Shown here one piece after another: positions 25,181 through 29,767 of a DNA stretch of 29,767 nt. The stretch is from a virus. Taxonomy: Duplodnaviria > Caudoviricetes. Numbering within the stretch: position 1 is the first letter of the stretch; each line of letters opens with the position of its first letter. Position numbers and translations under genes: made by a program. The stretch is from positions 1 through 29,767 of the IMG/VR virus record IMGVR_UViG_3300034061_001266; one strand, given 5' to 3'. A model generated the notes under the pieces. The model was not told where the DNA came from. It made no database searches and saw only the letters and a program-made list of their open reading frames with translations.

Positions 25181-25694
25181 CCACTACGATGAGGTCAGGG
25201 CTTATACCCTGTACTTTCTCACCAAAATGGGGAGCAATATCGAGGCGGATACAGTTATCAATAATTCATACCTCCATGTGCTAACCATCAATGAGGATGC
25301 AGAGAGTGAGGACCAGGTGAAAAGCTATCTGCTCAACACCATCAAGTATCAAATCCTATGGAACACGTCACTGAGCCACAAGGATGATAGGGTGAACTCA
25401 ATGGAGTATGAAGATAAAGATGAGGTAGATGATGAGCAGGATCTACATGCTAAGATATTGGAGGATAAAATCTACTCTACACACAAAGGGATGATTGAGA
25501 TATACCGCAGTGAGATATCTGACCACGTTCACAGGATAGTATTTGAGGCATACATTGATAAGGGATACACCACAGCTCGAGCAATGGCTAAGTACTTTGA
25601 TATTCCTGTGACATCAGCTCATTACCTGATTAAAGAAATTAAACAAAATTTACGCAAATTACAATATAGGTATGAGACTATCTCAAATAATTAG
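25149..25694 (+). CDS. Putative ECF-type RNA polymerase sigma factor
   Basis: 181 aa. Region-2-like (Y......Y...EADTVINNSYL...VKSYLLNTIKY) and region-4 HTH-like (RIVFEAYIDKGYTTARAMAKYFDIPVTSAHYLIKEIKQNLRK) segments joined by an acidic linker. Last gene before the late modules. Confidence 0.75.
   Translation: MKKVLDRYINNHYDEVRAYTLYFLTKMGSNIEADTVINNSYLHVLTINEDAESEDQVKSYLLNTIKYQILWNTSLSHKDDRVNSMEYEDKDEVDDEQDLHAKILEDKIYSTHKGMIEIYRSEISDHVHRIVFEAYIDKGYTTARAMAKYFDIPVTSAHYLIKEIKQNLRKLQYRYETISNN
25642..25671 (+). promoter_or_regulatory. Putative phage late promoter (AACA-N16-CAATATAGGT) inside the sigma gene 3' end, abutting ATG 25672
   Basis: AACA at 25642-25645, CAATATAGGT at 25662-25671. Confidence 0.75.
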
Positions 25695-25848
25695 TATCTT
25701 GGCAACATTCACTGCCTTGACCGGTGCGTTCTTTCTAGTTAGAGAAAATACCACAATGGCAATGAGAGCCTTTGGGCTATGGATAGTGCTATATTACGCA
25801 TGGTTATTTACACAAGAATACGAATATGACAAAGAAAGTAAAGAGTGA
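25672..25848 (+). CDS. Small two-TM membrane protein (58 aa)
   Basis: Read manually: MRLSQIISILATFTALTGAFFLVRENTTMAMRAFGLWIVLYYAWLFTQEYEYDKESKE. Confidence 0.7.
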   Translation: MRLSQIISILATFTALTGAFFLVRENTTMAMRAFGLWIVLYYAWLFTQEYEYDKESKE

Positions 25849-26032
25849 GTATCTAGGCCAGTACATGGTCCGATACAATCCGTTGGGGTTTGAAACTCCA
25901 TTCACGGTAACAGAAGAAACAGCTGAACAGGCAGAGTATTTAACATCGGTAGGTTTTGGCTATCTCTTTGAAGATGCAGAGCCTAAGAGTAAAAAGTACA
26001 AAGCAGTAGAGAACGAGGGTAATGAGGCCTAA
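25826..26032 (+). CDS. Hypothetical protein
   Basis: 68 aa ORF in the terminase operon. Confidence 0.7.
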   Translation: MTKKVKSEYLGQYMVRYNPLGFETPFTVTEETAEQAEYLTSVGFGYLFEDAEPKSKKYKAVENEGNEA

Positions 26033-26444
26033 ACACATCGAGACCCCCGAGGCAATGTGGGATCTATTTGAAGCCTACAAGAGATGGTGCAAGGAAAACC
26101 CTAGGTACTCCTATTCCCTATCCACTAAGACGGGTGAAGCTACAGCAGTTCCATTAGAGAGACCGCTTACTCAAGTGGGATTCAGGACTTTTGCAGCAGA
26201 TAAGGGGCAAACAGTGAATGATTATTTCTGCAACAAGGATGGTCGATATTCTGAGTATGCCACAATCTGCTCACGCATAGAGGAAGCAATCCGCATGGAC
26301 CAAATCGAGGGAGGTATGACAGGTCAGTACAATGCATCCATTACTCAACGACTCAACAACCTAACTGAACGGGTGGACACCACAACCAAGGGAGAAAAGA
26401 TAGACAGCATCAAGGTGACCATAGTCCGACCGGATGCAGATTGA
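26022..26444 (+). CDS. terS: Terminase small subunit (P22 gp3-like DNA-packaging protein)
   Basis: ETPE..W..F..Y, RPLT..GF, I...IR.DQIEGG..G.YNASITQRLN; upstream of TerL. Confidence 0.85.
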   Translation: MRPKHIETPEAMWDLFEAYKRWCKENPRYSYSLSTKTGEATAVPLERPLTQVGFRTFAADKGQTVNDYFCNKDGRYSEYATICSRIEEAIRMDQIEGGMTGQYNASITQRLNNLTERVDTTTKGEKIDSIKVTIVRPDAD

Positions 26445-26604
26445 TTTCATGTGTGCAGTGGTGGAGGATTACATCTACCGAATGAAAGGAGTCCAGGTAA
26501 AGATAGATAGAAGAGCTGTAGCAAGTGATGGCAGGCAGATGGCTATGTTAATGCATGCATACCAAATAGCATCTAATGGAGATAAAGAGCACAGTCATAT
26601 TTGA
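26434..26604 (+). CDS. Small hypothetical protein (56 aa) between terS and terL
   Basis: Read manually: MQIDFMCAVVEDYIYRMKGVQVKIDRR...; fills the gap and overlaps both neighbours. Confidence 0.6.
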   Translation: MQIDFMCAVVEDYIYRMKGVQVKIDRRAVASDGRQMAMLMHAYQIASNGDKEHSHI

Positions 26605-27727
26605 GAAAAACTACGAGGCACTGAATGACCCTAGCCTTAGGTTTGTAATTAACGAGGGAGGGAGCAGGAGCTCTAAGACCTACAGCCTTTGTCAGTTGGT
26701 TATCATATACTGCCTGCAGAACAACAACAAGGTAGTATCTATCATTAGAAAGACGTTCCCTGCTTTGAGGGCTACAGTGCTCAGGGACTTCATTGAGATA
26801 CTCAAAGAGCTCAACATCTATTCAGTGGAGGACCACAATAAGTCTGAGCACATCTATACGTTCCCTAATGGGTCCATTGTGGAGTTCTTTAGTGTGGATG
26901 ATGAGCAGAAGATACGGGGCCGCAAGAGAGACATAGCATGGTGTAACGAAGCCAATGAGCTGTACTTTGATGACTTCACTCAGCTGAACATGAGAACAGA
27001 GTCCAAGCTAATCTTTGACTATAACCCAAGTGAAAGCACCTCATGGTTGTATGAGCTACCAACGGAGGAAAGCATACTCATCAAGTCAACCTACAAGGAC
27101 AACCCATTCCTACCTCAAAGCATTAGGTCACAGATAGAGGACCTCAAGAGAACGGATGAAGCCCTGTATCAAATCTATGCACTCGGTGAGAAAGCAATCA
27201 GCAAGAGTAACATATACTCCAATTGGTCATTCATACCACACCGTCCTGCTAGGTTTGTGAACTACGTCTATGGGTTGGACTTTGGATACAATCACCCCAC
27301 TGCACTCATGCGAGTCTATTGGTGTGACAATGACATCTACATTGAGCCTGTGATATATGAGAGCTACCTCACTACTCCCATGCTCATAGACAAGATGCAA
27401 AGCTTCAACGTGGAGAAGACCATCACCATAGTAGCAGATTATGCTAGACCTGAAATCATAGCCGAGCTAAACAACGCAGGATACGATGTTCAGAACGCAA
27501 ACAAGGTGGTCAAGAAAGGGATAGACAACATCAAGACATTCGGGGTCCTATGCCAGGATGACAAGGCACTCAAGAAAGAGTATGAGAATTACAAGTGGAA
27601 AAAAGTAGGGGACATGATAACGGATGAACCGGTCAAGATGTTTGATGATGCCATGGATGCAATCAGGTATGCCACTACTCACATCCGACAGGAGTACTAT
27701 ACGGATGACAGCTACTATGCGTTTTAG
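26576..27727 (+). CDS. terL: Terminase large subunit (PBSX/Terminase_3 family)
   Basis: Walker A GGSRSSKT, Walker B WCNEANE, DYNP, STYKDNPFL; nuclease motifs GLDFGY.HPT and DDAMDAIRY. Confidence 0.95.
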   Translation: MEIKSTVIFEKNYEALNDPSLRFVINEGGSRSSKTYSLCQLVIIYCLQNNNKVVSIIRKTFPALRATVLRDFIEILKELNIYSVEDHNKSEHIYTFPNGSIVEFFSVDDEQKIRGRKRDIAWCNEANELYFDDFTQLNMRTESKLIFDYNPSESTSWLYELPTEESILIKSTYKDNPFLPQSIRSQIEDLKRTDEALYQIYALGEKAISKSNIYSNWSFIPHRPARFVNYVYGLDFGYNHPTALMRVYWCDNDIYIEPVIYESYLTTPMLIDKMQSFNVEKTITIVADYARPEIIAELNNAGYDVQNANKVVKKGIDNIKTFGVLCQDDKALKKEYENYKWKKVGDMITDEPVKMFDDAMDAIRYATTHIRQEYYTDDSYYAF

Positions 27728-27728
27728 A

Positions 27729-27758
27729 AACACTTTGGCTGCATAGAATAATATAGGT
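27729..27758 (+). promoter_or_regulatory. Putative phage late promoter (AACA-N16-TAATATAGGT) abutting ATG 27759
   Basis: AACA at 27729-27732, TAATATAGGT at 27749-27758. Confidence 0.82.
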
Positions 27759-29210
27759 ATGGCAATGTTCACTATAGCTGTACCACAGGTGTTAACTCCT
27801 GCGTACAACCCGATTAAGTTTTTCTTTGCGAGTACCAACTCAGGCTTTGCAGGTTTCAAGTTTATCTTTGACATCTATGAGAGTGGTACCACTAATCAAA
27901 TAGCAGAGTATAGGGTGCTACCTAATGCCAGTACATTCTATGGTGAGATTGACCTAAGCAAGCTACTACAATCTAAGGTAAGCTTTGACTTATTCCCATA
28001 TAACACCACAGTATACGATGCACCTAACAGCCATTACAAGTATGATGTCAAGGTAGGTGAGGAGTACCTAACCATAGTTCAGTATACAGCATCCCTAACT
28101 AACAACGGAGGTAACGTACAGATTAACGTAACCAACAGCTTTGTGGCAGGTGATCAGATAGTCATTGCTCAATCAGATGGTGGGGTAGCTAACCCTAACC
28201 TTGAGGGATTGTTCACTGTGCTATCAGTTGGTGTAGGTTTCTTGGTAGTTAATAGCCCTTGGTCATTGGTAACCAATGCAGCAATCAATGGTGATATCAC
28301 CTATGCCGATGGTAGAAAGACTGTAACTAGGAACATACTAATCAAGGCAAACAACTATGTATTCAATGGTGCACTACCTTGGACTCAATGGCCTTACTAC
28401 TTATTTAGTAACTACTTCCTAACGAGTCCATCAGATAGCTTCTTGACATCATGCCCTACTAAAGAATTCTACTGCACACTATCTCAGGACTTGTGGATGA
28501 ACGCAGTGTATGGTGGACCAGGAGCAGGTACTCACAAGATTATATTTACCAATGATGGTGGTGAGGTGTTTGAAAAGAATGTCACTGCCACTGACCACGT
28601 AACAGGTAACGCTGTAGGTCCTAACAACTTAGGACCATTGACTGCTATCTCAGGTACACTGCCATTGATTAAGCCTACCACTCAATACTATCTGTATTAC
28701 TATGAGCACAATGGTAACCAAGTTACACAGCCATACCAGGTTAACATAGATCGCAGAACACAGATGCAGGAGTACAGCATCATATTCCTTGACCGCTATG
28801 GCTCATGGGGTAGCTTTGCATTCACAGGTAGAGCATACGAAAGAGGCACAGTACAGCGTGAGCAATACAACATGGATGTAGCAGGATACATTGACTCAGG
28901 GTCATGGAACTACAACCTAACAGATAGAGGATACATCAACAGCTATGTGAGTGTAGATAACACCATTGACCTCAATACTGATTGGATGACTGAGGATATG
29001 GCTACCTACTTCACTGAACTTATTAGCTCACCATACACATACTTCAAGGTAAGCAACTATGATGAGAGCTGTGATATACCAGCAAGCACTGAGTATATCA
29101 GCTGCAATATAGTTACCTCATCATTTGAGAAATACAAGCAACGGAATAAGAACTTAATCAAGCAAAGCATTACTATTAAGCTAGCTAATAACGACATGGT
29201 CAATGGTTAG
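27759..29210 (+). CDS. Tail/baseplate structural protein
   Basis: 483 aa, beta-rich; PAYNPI.F, FLDRYGSW.SF.F, LNTDW, EL.SSP motifs; first gene of the tail operon. Confidence 0.6.
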   Translation: MAMFTIAVPQVLTPAYNPIKFFFASTNSGFAGFKFIFDIYESGTTNQIAEYRVLPNASTFYGEIDLSKLLQSKVSFDLFPYNTTVYDAPNSHYKYDVKVGEEYLTIVQYTASLTNNGGNVQINVTNSFVAGDQIVIAQSDGGVANPNLEGLFTVLSVGVGFLVVNSPWSLVTNAAINGDITYADGRKTVTRNILIKANNYVFNGALPWTQWPYYLFSNYFLTSPSDSFLTSCPTKEFYCTLSQDLWMNAVYGGPGAGTHKIIFTNDGGEVFEKNVTATDHVTGNAVGPNNLGPLTAISGTLPLIKPTTQYYLYYYEHNGNQVTQPYQVNIDRRTQMQEYSIIFLDRYGSWGSFAFTGRAYERGTVQREQYNMDVAGYIDSGSWNYNLTDRGYINSYVSVDNTIDLNTDWMTEDMATYFTELISSPYTYFKVSNYDESCDIPASTEYISCNIVTSSFEKYKQRNKNLIKQSITIKLANNDMVNG

Positions 29211-29767
29211 GATACAACTAGCAACAGGCTACCTTGATGTTAAGGAGGGCACTTCATTCCCTTTGACATTTCAGGTAGGAGACATCAGAGATATAAGTCA
29301 AAGGAAAGGTAACTTCTCTAAGACTATTGTATTGGTAGGTAGTAAGAATAACAATGACCTACTGAACCACTACTATGATGTTAACATCCAAGCCGGTACC
29401 TTTGACATCAATGCGGTTACTACTTGCTCAGTTATTCAGGATGGAATACCAGTCATGGAGAACGCTAGCCTACAGCTCACAGCTGTTAAAAAGGTACAGC
29501 TCACAGATGGGTATGAGGAGCATGTGGAGTATGAGGTATTGGTCAAGGAAAGCAAAGCAGATTTCTTTACAGCTATCAATAACCTTGAGCTAACCGATAT
29601 AGACTTCAGTGACCTCAACCATACATACGATGCGTTTAATGTGGTGAACAGATTTACCAACACTGAGGTGGATGGCTTCAAGTACTTCCTCCCTGGTAGT
29701 GGGGATGCGTTCTACAGCACTCAGGAGTTCAAGCCTGCTATCTTTGCTAAGACTTACTTTGACCGTA
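29203..29767 (+). CDS. 5' part of the large tail tip protein (continues across the circular junction into the 38-2692 ORF)
   Basis: ATG 29203 overlaps the previous stop by 8 nt. Frame is open to the window end and matches the 38-2692 ORF. Confidence 0.9.
   Translation, partial: MVRIQLATGYLDVKEGTSFPLTFQVGDIRDISQRKGNFSKTIVLVGSKNNNDLLNHYYDVNIQAGTFDINAVTTCSVIQDGIPVMENASLQLTAVKKVQLTDGYEEHVEYEVLVKESKADFFTAINNLELTDIDFSDLNHTYDAFNVVNRFTNTEVDGFKYFLPGSGDAFYSTQEFKPAIFAKTYFDR
29226..29767. repeat. Right copy of diverged terminal direct repeat
   Basis: Ungapped match to 1-542. Confidence 0.97.

Noticed and set aside
211-29681. Other minus-strand and nested ORFs in the six-frame track (e.g. 2651-3232, 3602-4036, 8639-9061, 27548-27874)
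   Set aside because: They are antisense or alternate-frame shadows of well-supported plus-strand genes, without recognisable motifs or start signals.
1-29767. Stop-codon reassignment (alternative genetic code)
   Set aside because: Genes tile densely under code 11, and TAA, TAG and TGA all end genes at sensible overlaps.

Overview
The window is an essentially complete genome of a small tailed dsDNA phage, probably a siphovirus, with a unit length of about 29,225 bp. Positions 1-542 recur at 29226-29767 as a diverged copy, so the contig circularises. The host is very likely Bacteroidota (Flavobacteriia-like), judging by TAnnTTTG promoters, A-rich start regions without Shine-Dalgarno sequences, a DUF3127-type SSB and a BT4734/VirE_N-type primase-helicase. 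Structural and lysis genes are TerS/TerL, tail and baseplate genes, tape measure, protease-scaffold, major capsid, tail tube, portal, adaptor, holin, amidase and a candidate unimolecular spanin. The early/replication region encodes HNH, a DnaA-CTD-like protein, a candidate origin, primase-helicase, a VRR-NUC-like nuclease, ERF, exonuclease, GIY-YIG, an adenine methyltransferase, SSB and an HTH protein. I see no integrase, DNA polymerase, reverse transcriptase, tRNA or CRISPR array. The most striking unexplained structure is a five-copy bipartite motif, AACA-N15/16-(T/C)AATATAGGT, that abuts the start codon of the first gene of every late module. Together with a phage-encoded ECF-like sigma factor (25149-25694), this suggests a self-contained late transcription system making leaderless mRNAs. 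One copy overlaps a divergent host-type promoter. All protein calls come from motif recognition by eye, not database searches.
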